The translations under genes and the position numbers were made by a program. 17,636 bases of DNA from assembly GCA_031459535.1 (NCBI GenBank), contig JAVKIJ010000070.1, positions 1-17,636 on the forward strand, given 5' to 3'. Below, in pieces: positions 7,898 to 15,092 of this stretch. The DNA comes from Candidatus Fervidifonticultor quintus (GTDB lineage Bacteria; Sysuimicrobiota; Sysuimicrobiia; Sysuimicrobiales; Humicultoraceae). A model generated the notes under the pieces. The model was given only the letters and a program-made list of their open reading frames with translations. It made no database searches and was not told the origin of the DNA. How positions within the stretch are numbered: the first letter of the stretch is position 1; every line of letters begins with the position of its first letter.

Positions 7898-8722
7898 ATG
7901 GCAGTGCGTGCCGCACACCGACAGGTCGCATCTCGACGCATCACGCATCACACTGCGACGCCGTCTCCCGCGCCGGGCGATGTGGAGATACTCGTGGCGG
8001 AATATCTGCAGACGCCGACCCCGCAGATTCGAGAACGCATCGTGGCGGCCTGCACGCCCCTGGTCCGCCGCATCGCCGGCGAGTTCGTCTTCGCGGGCGT
8101 GCCCTCCGAGGACCTGGTGCAGGTGGGTTACATCGGGCTCCTCAACGCCATCGCGGCGTTCGACCCGGCCAAGGGGGCGAAGTTCTCCACATATGCCAGC
8201 TACCTGATCCGCGGGGAGATCCGTCACTACCTGCGGGACCAACGGGATACGATCCGCAAGCCGCGCTGGCTGCAGCGGCTGAACAGCAGGATCGAGGAGG
8301 CCGTGAGCCGCCACGTGAGCGAGACCGGTCGGTTCCCGGGCCTCGAACACCTCTCGGAGGAGCTGAACATCGAGGAGGACGGTCTGCTGGAGATCCTCCG
8401 GACGCGCGAGGCCCTGCGGACCGTGTCGTTGGAGACCGATGAGGAGAACCCGGAGCTGCGAGTTGACCGTGACCGGATCAGGCATCGCACGCACGTCAGC
8501 TTCCAGTTGCCGATCGAGGACCGCGTGGTCCTGTTGGAGGCCATGGAGTCGCTGAACGCGCTGCAGCGGAAAGTGCTCTACTACATCTTCTACACCGACC
8601 TCACGCAGATGGAAGCGGCAAAGCGCATCGGGATCTCACAGAAGCACGTGTCGCGCGTGCTGGCATCGGCACTGGCCAAGCTCCGGGGGCTGATGGGCGC
8701 GCCATCGCCCGGCGCGATGTAG
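7898..8722 (+). CDS. Group 3 sigma factor, SigB/SigF/SigG family
   Basis: Region 2 EDLVQVGYIGLLNAIAAFDP..G.KFSTYA...IRGEIRHYLRD...IRKPR. Region 4 LTQMEAAKRIGISQKHVSR. SD GGGGAGG precedes ATG 7898. Confidence 0.92.
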   Translation: MAVRAAHRQVASRRITHHTATPSPAPGDVEILVAEYLQTPTPQIRERIVAACTPLVRRIAGEFVFAGVPSEDLVQVGYIGLLNAIAAFDPAKGAKFSTYASYLIRGEIRHYLRDQRDTIRKPRWLQRLNSRIEEAVSRHVSETGRFPGLEHLSEELNIEEDGLLEILRTREALRTVSLETDEENPELRVDRDRIRHRTHVSFQLPIEDRVVLLEAMESLNALQRKVLYYIFYTDLTQMEAAKRIGISQKHVSRVLASALAKLRGLMGAPSPGAM

Positions 8723-8737
8723 ATGGGGGGAGCGGAG

Positions 8738-9094
8738 ATGTCGCAGCTCAAAGACGTGTTGATGGACCTTTCCAAGGTGGAGGGTGTGCTGGCCGCGCTC
8801 GTCGTCGCCCGGGACGGCTTCGTCGTCGAGGGCCTGGCCACCGACGAATCAGTGGACCTGGAGGCCGTCGGCGCCATTGTGGCCAGCAACATCGCGGCGT
8901 CAGACTCCATGGGCCGGGAGATGGCCAGGGGAGGGATGCGCAACATCCTGATCGAGTTCGACGAGGGCCCCGTGGCGATCGGGCCGGCCGGCCCGGACGC
9001 CGTGTTGGTCGTCGTCGGCAGCCGGCAGGCCAACCTGGGCCGCATCCGTCTGGAGATGCGCCGGAACAGCCAGCTGGCCGCCGCGCTGGTCTAG
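8738..9094 (+). CDS. Roadblock/LC7 (MglB-like) domain protein
   Basis: VEGVLAALVVARDGFVV, NILIEFDEG and ANLGRIRLEM are typical Roadblock motifs. SD GGGGAG precedes ATG 8738. Confidence 0.88.
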   Translation: MSQLKDVLMDLSKVEGVLAALVVARDGFVVEGLATDESVDLEAVGAIVASNIAASDSMGREMARGGMRNILIEFDEGPVAIGPAGPDAVLVVVGSRQANLGRIRLEMRRNSQLAAALV

Positions 9095-9104
9095 CGGCCC
9101 GCAG

Positions 9105-9130
9105 GCCTAGAGGCCGATGCTCTTGGGCAT
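9105..9130 (+). promoter_or_regulatory. Putative SigB/SigF-type promoter GCCTAG-N14-GGGCAT for the minor pilin operon
   Basis: GCCTAG at 9105-9110, 14-nt spacer, GGGCAT at 9125-9130. SD at 9141-9147 lies just after the predicted TSS. Confidence 0.65.
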
Positions 9131-9155
9131 AGTCCGGCGAGAGGGGGGCGCTCAC

Positions 9156-9587
9156 GTGGCGGTCATGCCCCGACGGCGGCTGCGAAGGGCAGAAGAGGGG
9201 TTTAGCTTCATCGAACTCCTGGTGGCCCTATCGTTGCTCGCCGGTGTGTCGCTGTTCATCTTTCAGACCTTCATTGCCGGGATGGCCCATGCGGGCCGGG
9301 CGAACGAGCGGGCGGCCGCCACCATGGTCGCCCTGCAGATCATGGAGCAGGTCCGGGCCAGCGTGAACCCATACGAGATGGTGGGCTTCGTGGACCTGCC
9401 GCGGACGGCGCTGCCGCTGCCCGCGCCGTACTCAGGGATCGCCAATCCCACGCCGCACCGGTTCGAGGTGGCGGTGGACGTGACCCGTGACGACAACCTG
9501 ACGCTGACCACGGTGACCGTGCAGGTGTACCGGCCCTCGGACACGACGCCCTTCGTCACGCTGACCACGGTGCTCGATGACCAGTAG
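9156..9587 (+). CDS. Type IV minor pilin, PilV/GspI-like
   Basis: Class III signal: basic leader RRRLRRAEEG|FSFIELLVAL. Start GTG 9156 (or ATG 9165) behind SD GAGGGGG. Confidence 0.85.
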   Translation: MAVMPRRRLRRAEEGFSFIELLVALSLLAGVSLFIFQTFIAGMAHAGRANERAAATMVALQIMEQVRASVNPYEMVGFVDLPRTALPLPAPYSGIANPTPHRFEVAVDVTRDDNLTLTTVTVQVYRPSDTTPFVTLTTVLDDQ

Positions 9588-10158
9588 CCGCCGCGTTGGC
9601 TGGTTGCGGTCGGCCGCGGGCGATGCCCGCGGCGTGACCCTCGTGGAACTGGTGATGGCGCTGGCGCTCCTCAGCCTGGCGCTGGGCAGCATCTATGGAT
9701 TCGTGCTGACGGGTGGGCGATCCGCGCGGGTCACCAACGATCTGCTCCAGACCCAGGCCCAGGTCCGCGCGGCGATGGACAACGTGGTGGACGAGATCCG
9801 CTGGGCGCAGCGGGTGACGGCGGCCAGCGCGGCATCTGTGACGCTGCTCGTCCCCCAGTCCACGCCCTTCTCACCGTCCAGCCCCTACACCGTGACCTTT
9901 GCCTACGATGCCGGGACGCAGACGCTGACCCGGCGCGAGGACCCGGACGCGGACGGTCCTTCCGCCGCGGGTGCACCCGTGGACCTGGCCTATGGGCTCG
10001 CCAGCCTGACATTCGAGTACTTCGACAACAACGGGATCTCGCTGGGCTCGTCGCCGGCCGACCTGGACGCGGTGGCCCGGGTGCGCATGGCGGTCACCGC
10101 CATGCGGGACCAGACGATCCGCTCCTTCGCCGGCGACGCGGCACTGCGGGGCCGGTAG
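9577..10158 (+). CDS. Type IV minor pilin, PilW/GspJ-like
   Basis: ARG|VTLVELVMALALL prepilin motif, followed by a Q.Q.RAAMD.V.DEIR.A helix. Confidence 0.85.
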   Translation: MTSSRRVGWLRSAAGDARGVTLVELVMALALLSLALGSIYGFVLTGGRSARVTNDLLQTQAQVRAAMDNVVDEIRWAQRVTAASAASVTLLVPQSTPFSPSSPYTVTFAYDAGTQTLTRREDPDADGPSAAGAPVDLAYGLASLTFEYFDNNGISLGSSPADLDAVARVRMAVTAMRDQTIRSFAGDAALRGR

Positions 10159-10187
10159 ACGCCCTGGGGTTGGGCCGGAGGGTTGAG

Positions 10188-12218
10188 ATGATGGCACGGC
10201 TGCGTTCCACCAGAGGGTTCGCCCTGGTGTCGGCTCTGCTCGTGATCTTCGTCCTGGTCATCCTCGGCGCGCTCATCCTCTATCTGAGCGGCAAGGAGAT
10301 CGCGCTGAGCGCCACGCGGATGACCGGGGCCCAGGCGCTGAACATTGCCGAGGGCGGCGGCGTGGCCGCCCGTGCCGCGCTCATGGTCCTGATGGGCGCC
10401 AATCCCACCGATGTGGTCTCCGTGGACGCCTCACTGAGCGGAACCACCCTCGCCACCTGGTATGCGGGAGGCGATCCCGCCTCACAGAACCCGCTGCGCC
10501 TGTTCGACTACCTGGTGCTGGACGGCCAGCGTTACACCACCGGCGCCACGTCGGCGACCAGCTCGCTGAGCTTCGAGGTGAACTGGGCGGCCCCGTACAC
10601 GCACCGCAAGCTGCAGCTTGCCACGGGCACGCCGCCGGCGAACTCCCTGGGGACGGGGAGCTACAGGGCGACGCTGGTGGTGAGCCGCCGGCTGGCGCCC
10701 CACCCCACCGACCCCGGGCAGCCGCAGCGCTACATCCAGCAGCTCGGCGTGGACCACTACGAGTTTTACTACACGTACACGGTCACCAGTGACGGCCAGG
10801 TGCCACCGTGGCCGGCACGGCGTCGCGTGACGATGTCCAGAGACTTTAGCGTTCAGATCAAACGGCAGAGCTTCGCGCACTACGCGCTGTTCACCCACGT
10901 CCACACCACCCCCAGCGGCGGCGACATCTGGTTCACCAGCCGCACCAGCTTCGACGGCCCGGTGCACACCAACGGGGAGTTCCGGTTCGCCTTCTTCCCC
11001 AAGTTCGGCACACCCGACAGCGACGGCACCTGTCCGCCGAACAATGCCGCGCCCACCCGGCTGACCAGTGTGAGCCGCTACGCCTGGTTCAACAACAACG
11101 GGAGTCCGCGGCGGCTCCAGGCCAACGAGAACGTGGTCAACGGTGTCCGGCGCGACGCGCCGGTGCTCCCCGACTGCACACCGTCCACCCTCAGCGACGA
11201 CAACGATAACCAGGCCGCCGACTTCACCCGCGGCGCGGCGTCCATCCCGATGCCCAGCAACCCGTATAGCCAGAAGGGCGTCTCCATCGGTCGGGACCCT
11301 GCGGACACCACGGCGGTGACGAATCTACAGATCCGCCAGGCGGTCCCCGAGCTCCCCGACAGCACCAGCACCGTGCCCAACGGCATCTACGTTCCGGTCG
11401 TGGACGCCAACGGCAATGGCATCTCCGATCCCGGCGAGGCCCTGGGCGGCGGCATCTACGTCCAGGGCGACCTGAACGGCATGACCCTCAGCGTGGGCGG
11501 GCCAGGCAACAATCTGGCCATCTACACGCTCGTGCAGGGCTCACAGACGGTCACTGTGACGGTCGACCGCGACGCGCAGACGACCACGGTCACCAACACC
11601 GCGTGGTCTTCTCCGCAGACCCGGATGTTTGCCGGCGTGCCCAAGGGCTGGCAGGGGCCGGGCAACACCAACGCGACCCTCATCTTTGTCCAGGGCAATA
11701 TCAACTCACTGAGCGGGACGCTGGAAGAGAAGGAGCAGACGACCATCGCCGCCTCCGGGCGCATCGACATCACCAACCACCTGCGCTACGAGGTGCCCCC
11801 GATCGTCACCGATCCCAACAGCAACCCGCTCAACGTGCTCGGCCTGTACTCGGCGAACAACGACATCCGCATCTCGGCCTCAGCGCCCAACGACCTGGAG
11901 ATCCACGCCGTGCTGATGGCGGGAAACACCGGCGACGGCGTCAATAGCTCGGTGAACGTCCAGAACTACGATACGGGCTCCCCGCGCGGGACGCTGCGGT
12001 TGATCGGCGGGGTCATCGAGGAGTACTACGGCGCCTTCGGCACCTTTGACCCGAATACCGGGAACCCACAGACAGGGTACGGCCGGGACTTCCGCTACGA
12101 CCGCCGCATGAGCCGCGGGTTCACGCCGCCATACTTCCCCACCACGCCGCTGTTCGAAATCACCCAGGTACAGGGCCTGGCCGGCGCGCGGCCGGTCTGG
12201 CGCGAGGCGGCGCCGTGA
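10188..12218 (+). CDS. Large PilX/GspK-position pilin-like protein (DUF4900/ComZ-like tip protein)
   Basis: RG|FALVSALL (no Glu5, as in PilX) and ALNIAEGG helix. FDGPVHTNG, beta-rich N/T/G body, C-terminal GYGRDFRYDRRM..PPYFP. Confidence 0.8.
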   Translation: MMARLRSTRGFALVSALLVIFVLVILGALILYLSGKEIALSATRMTGAQALNIAEGGGVAARAALMVLMGANPTDVVSVDASLSGTTLATWYAGGDPASQNPLRLFDYLVLDGQRYTTGATSATSSLSFEVNWAAPYTHRKLQLATGTPPANSLGTGSYRATLVVSRRLAPHPTDPGQPQRYIQQLGVDHYEFYYTYTVTSDGQVPPWPARRRVTMSRDFSVQIKRQSFAHYALFTHVHTTPSGGDIWFTSRTSFDGPVHTNGEFRFAFFPKFGTPDSDGTCPPNNAAPTRLTSVSRYAWFNNNGSPRRLQANENVVNGVRRDAPVLPDCTPSTLSDDNDNQAADFTRGAASIPMPSNPYSQKGVSIGRDPADTTAVTNLQIRQAVPELPDSTSTVPNGIYVPVVDANGNGISDPGEALGGGIYVQGDLNGMTLSVGGPGNNLAIYTLVQGSQTVTVTVDRDAQTTTVTNTAWSSPQTRMFAGVPKGWQGPGNTNATLIFVQGNINSLSGTLEEKEQTTIAASGRIDITNHLRYEVPPIVTDPNSNPLNVLGLYSANNDIRISASAPNDLEIHAVLMAGNTGDGVNSSVNVQNYDTGSPRGTLRLIGGVIEEYYGAFGTFDPNTGNPQTGYGRDFRYDRRMSRGFTPPYFPTTPLFEITQVQGLAGARPVWREAAP

Positions 12219-12649
12219 GCCGCAGATCCCGCGCTGCTGCGACCGCGGGCTTCAGCCTCCTCGAGGTCGCGGTCGTCGCGGCGCTGGTGGGGGTCGTCCT
12301 GGCGCTGGCGTTGACGGGCTGGCGGGGATATTCGGCCCAGCAGCGGCTGCGCTACGGCACCGCGCAGGTGGCCACTGACCTTCGGCAGGCGCAGGAGCGG
12401 GCCAAGGCCGAGCGGGTCGTCTACACAGTGACGTTTGTCGCGTCGTCGCCCAACTACACGATCGCCCGCAGCGGAGGCGGGTTCCTGGAGAACGCCACCC
12501 TGCCGGAAGGTGTCACGTCAACCGCCAGCGTCACCGTGACGTTCTCGGCCTTCGGCAGGCCGGATGCGGCCCACACGATCACCGTCCAGAGCTCAGCGGG
12601 AACGGGAGTGGTGACCGTGACCGAACTGGGCGGCATCTCTTACCAGTAG
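12215..12649 (+). CDS. Type IV minor pilin, FimT/GspH-like
   Basis: AG|FSLLEVAVV, DLRQAQERA, VTFSAFGRP and VTVTELG fit the FimT/GspH pattern. GTGA overlap with the upstream stop. Confidence 0.85.
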   Translation: MSRRSRAAATAGFSLLEVAVVAALVGVVLALALTGWRGYSAQQRLRYGTAQVATDLRQAQERAKAERVVYTVTFVASSPNYTIARSGGGFLENATLPEGVTSTASVTVTFSAFGRPDAAHTITVQSSAGTGVVTVTELGGISYQ

Positions 12650-12650
12650 G

Positions 12651-14870
12651 CTACTCCTGCACGTAGACCACCCGCAGGATCTCATCAATCGTGGAGATGC
12701 CCGACATGACCTTCTCGAGGCCGTCGTCCCGCAACGTGCGCATGCCTTCCCGGATGGCCTGGGCCTTGATCTCTGCCGCGGGCGCGCGGTGCACGATCAT
12801 GTCCCGGATCGCGTCGCTCACCACCATCAGCTCGAAGATGCCGATCCGTCCCCGGTAGCCGGTACCCCGGCAGTAGTCGCAGCCGGTGCCACGGTAGAAC
12901 TCCACGCTGGCGTCCGCCTCGATGTTGACGCCCAGCCGGCGCAGCGCGTCGGCCGGCGGGACGTAGGCGACCTTGCACTTGGTGCAGATGGCCCGGGCCA
13001 GGCGCTGCGCCAGGACGGCGATGACCGAGGAGCTGATCAGGAATGGTTCGACACCCATGTCGGTCAACCGGGTGATGGCGCCGGCCGAGTCATTGGTGTG
13101 CAGCGTGGACAGCACCAGGTGCCCAGTCAGGGCGGCCTGAATGGCGATCTCCGCGGTCTCCCGGTCGCGGATCTCTCCCACCATGACGATGTCGGGGTCC
13201 TGCCGGAGGATGCTGCGCAGACCGTTGGCAAAGGTGAGGCCGGCCTTGGGGTTGACCTGGACCTGGTTGATGCGGGGGATCTGGTACTCCACCGGGTCCT
13301 CGACGGTCACGATGTTGCGGTCGAGGGTGTTGAGCTTGCCCAGCGTGGCGTACAGCGTAGTGGTCTTGCCGCTCCCGGTGGGGCCGGTCACCAGGACCAT
13401 TCCGTGTGGCTTGCTCACCGCGCTCTCCCACAGGTGGAGGACCTCGGTGGGGAACCCCAGGCGGGTGAGGCCCAACTGGGTGGAGGACTGGTCGAGGACC
13501 CGCAGCACGACCTTCTCGCCGAACATGGTCGGCAGGGTGGAGACGCGCAGGTCAATGTTGCGGCTGTCGGCGGTCAGGTGGATGCGACCGTCCTGGGGCC
13601 GTCGCCGCTCGGCGATGTCCAGGTCGGCCATGATCTTGATCCGCGACGTGAGCGCCGCCTTGAGGTTGGCGGGCGGGTTCATCACGTCGCGCAGCACGCC
13701 ATCCACCCGATAGCGGATGAACAACCCGTTGCGGTGCGGCTCGATGTGGATGTCGCTGGCGCTCTGCTTCACCGCCTCGTCCACGATGAGGTTGACGAGC
13801 TTGACGACCGGCGCCTCCTCGGTGAGCGCCTTCAGCTTCTCGACCGACTCGTCTTCTTCGCCGGTCTCCAGCGCGTACTCGGTGATCGACTCGCGCATCA
13901 CGCGATCGATGAGGCTGTCGGCGATCTGGTAGACGCTGGCCAGGGCGTTGGCGATGTCTTCCTCGGTGGCGATCACCAGGTCCACTTCCATCCCGGTGAT
14001 CAATCGCACGTCGTCGATCGCGAGCACGTTGAGCGGGTCGGCGACGGCCAGCACCAGCCGGCCGCCCCGCCGCTCCAGCGCGATGCACTTGTGCCGGACC
14101 GCCAGCGCGTGCGGGATCAGCTTGGCGGTCTCCTCGTCAATCTTGGTGTTGGCCAGGGCCACGTACGGGTAGCCCCACTGCGCGGCCATGGCGCGGGCCA
14201 GATCCTGGTCGCTGACGGCGCCGGTGTCACGCAGGATCTTGCCGAGCCGCTCGCCCGTCCGGTCCTGGATCTCCTGGGCGTGTTTGAGCTGCTGCTCGGT
14301 GACCACCCCTAGCTCGAGGAGGATCTGACCGAGCCTCTCGGCCCGGACGGCCTTGACGCCGACCTTCGTCCGGCCGCCCTTGGCCGGCGTGGGCTTCTCG
14401 GCGGCGCGATGGCTGCTCTTCTCCGCGGCGCGCGGGGCGGGCTTCCCAGCCGCCGGGGCCGGCGCGGGCGGCGGAGGTTCCACCGTGGGCGCGATGGGGG
14501 CATCGACATTCAGCCTGGCCTGGATCACCGGGTCGTTGGGCGAGGCCGCTACGGCCTGCTGGTAGGCCTTCAGCACCCAATCGGTCTCGCCGCGGGCGAG
14601 ATGCTTGTCTGCAGCCGTCAAGTAGGCCGCCGCCGCGTCGTGCGGCGCGTCCAGCGCCCGATACACCTCCGCGAGGTCCCGGTACACCCAGGGCTCGTCG
14701 GGATCCAAGGACGCCAGGCGCAGGTAGGCTTCCTGCGCTTCCGACCAGCGCCGGGCCCGCGCCAGCGTGCGCGCCTCGGCGTAGGCGAATGCGCGGTCGA
14801 GGGTCGGGCAGTCCGCCGCAATCCCGGCTGCCGCTTTGAGCGTCTGGAGCGTGCCGTCGCCGTGCGCCAT
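12651..14870 (-). CDS. pilB: Type IV pilus assembly ATPase PilB/GspE with N-terminal TPR and MshEN domains
   Basis: Walker A GPTGSGKTT, TVEDPVE, LRQDPDIVMVGEIRD, TGHLVLSTLHTN, Zn cysteines CTKC/CDYC, MshEN RLGQILLELG...Q...RLGKIL. Start at the second ATG (14870) gives proper spacing to SD GAGAGG. Confidence 0.93.
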   Translation of the reverse strand: MAHGDGTLQTLKAAAGIAADCPTLDRAFAYAEARTLARARRWSEAQEAYLRLASLDPDEPWVYRDLAEVYRALDAPHDAAAAYLTAADKHLARGETDWVLKAYQQAVAASPNDPVIQARLNVDAPIAPTVEPPPPAPAPAAGKPAPRAAEKSSHRAAEKPTPAKGGRTKVGVKAVRAERLGQILLELGVVTEQQLKHAQEIQDRTGERLGKILRDTGAVSDQDLARAMAAQWGYPYVALANTKIDEETAKLIPHALAVRHKCIALERRGGRLVLAVADPLNVLAIDDVRLITGMEVDLVIATEEDIANALASVYQIADSLIDRVMRESITEYALETGEEDESVEKLKALTEEAPVVKLVNLIVDEAVKQSASDIHIEPHRNGLFIRYRVDGVLRDVMNPPANLKAALTSRIKIMADLDIAERRRPQDGRIHLTADSRNIDLRVSTLPTMFGEKVVLRVLDQSSTQLGLTRLGFPTEVLHLWESAVSKPHGMVLVTGPTGSGKTTTLYATLGKLNTLDRNIVTVEDPVEYQIPRINQVQVNPKAGLTFANGLRSILRQDPDIVMVGEIRDRETAEIAIQAALTGHLVLSTLHTNDSAGAITRLTDMGVEPFLISSSVIAVLAQRLARAICTKCKVAYVPPADALRRLGVNIEADASVEFYRGTGCDYCRGTGYRGRIGIFELMVVSDAIRDMIVHRAPAAEIKAQAIREGMRTLRDDGLEKVMSGISTIDEILRVVYVQE

Positions 14871-14919
14871 CCACATCCTCTCGACAGCAGGAAGAGGGCT
14901 GCGGGGTCTGCCCCTTCGG

Positions 14920-14945
14920 GACTAGTCCCAAGATCTTCTGGGCAT
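14920..14945 (+). promoter_or_regulatory. Putative SigB/SigF-type promoter GACTAG-N14-GGGCAT for the dnaB-like operon
   Basis: GACTAG at 14920-14925, 14-nt spacer, GGGCAT at 14940-14945. Confidence 0.65.
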
Positions 14946-14953
14946 ATTCCTAG

Positions 14954-14979
14954 GTGCCCATCTGAAGATTGCCTTAGAC
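14954..14979 (-). promoter_or_regulatory. Putative SigB/SigF-type promoter GTCTAA-N14-GGGCAC for pilB
   Basis: Minus strand GTCTAA at 14979-14974, 14-nt spacer, GGGCAC at 14959-14954. Confidence 0.65.
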
Positions 14980-15092
14980 TATCACAGGGCTGGGCGCGGC
15001 GGGCGACAAGGTTCTGATAGGTTTGATCGAGAATCTGGGGAAGGTGGGCCCGCGGTAGGGACGGTGCTCGTCTCGTCGGCGGGGGGTCTGCA

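Noticed and set aside
8720-8740. Sigma TAG followed directly by an in-frame ATG: possible sigma-Roadblock read-through fusion
   Set aside because: Both proteins are complete on their own, and ATG 8738 has its own SD.
7808-9155. ORF-track starts at 7808 (sigma) and 9117 (pilin), likewise 5939, 10170 and 16555
   Set aside because: They fall inside the riboswitch, a promoter or the upstream gene, or lack an SD. Downstream starts have good SDs.
14925-14975. Possible c-di-GMP-II riboswitch on the minus strand (TGGGCAC in a stem)
   Set aside because: No downstream GTGCAACC pseudoknot partner. The inverted repeat is explained by two opposed promoters.
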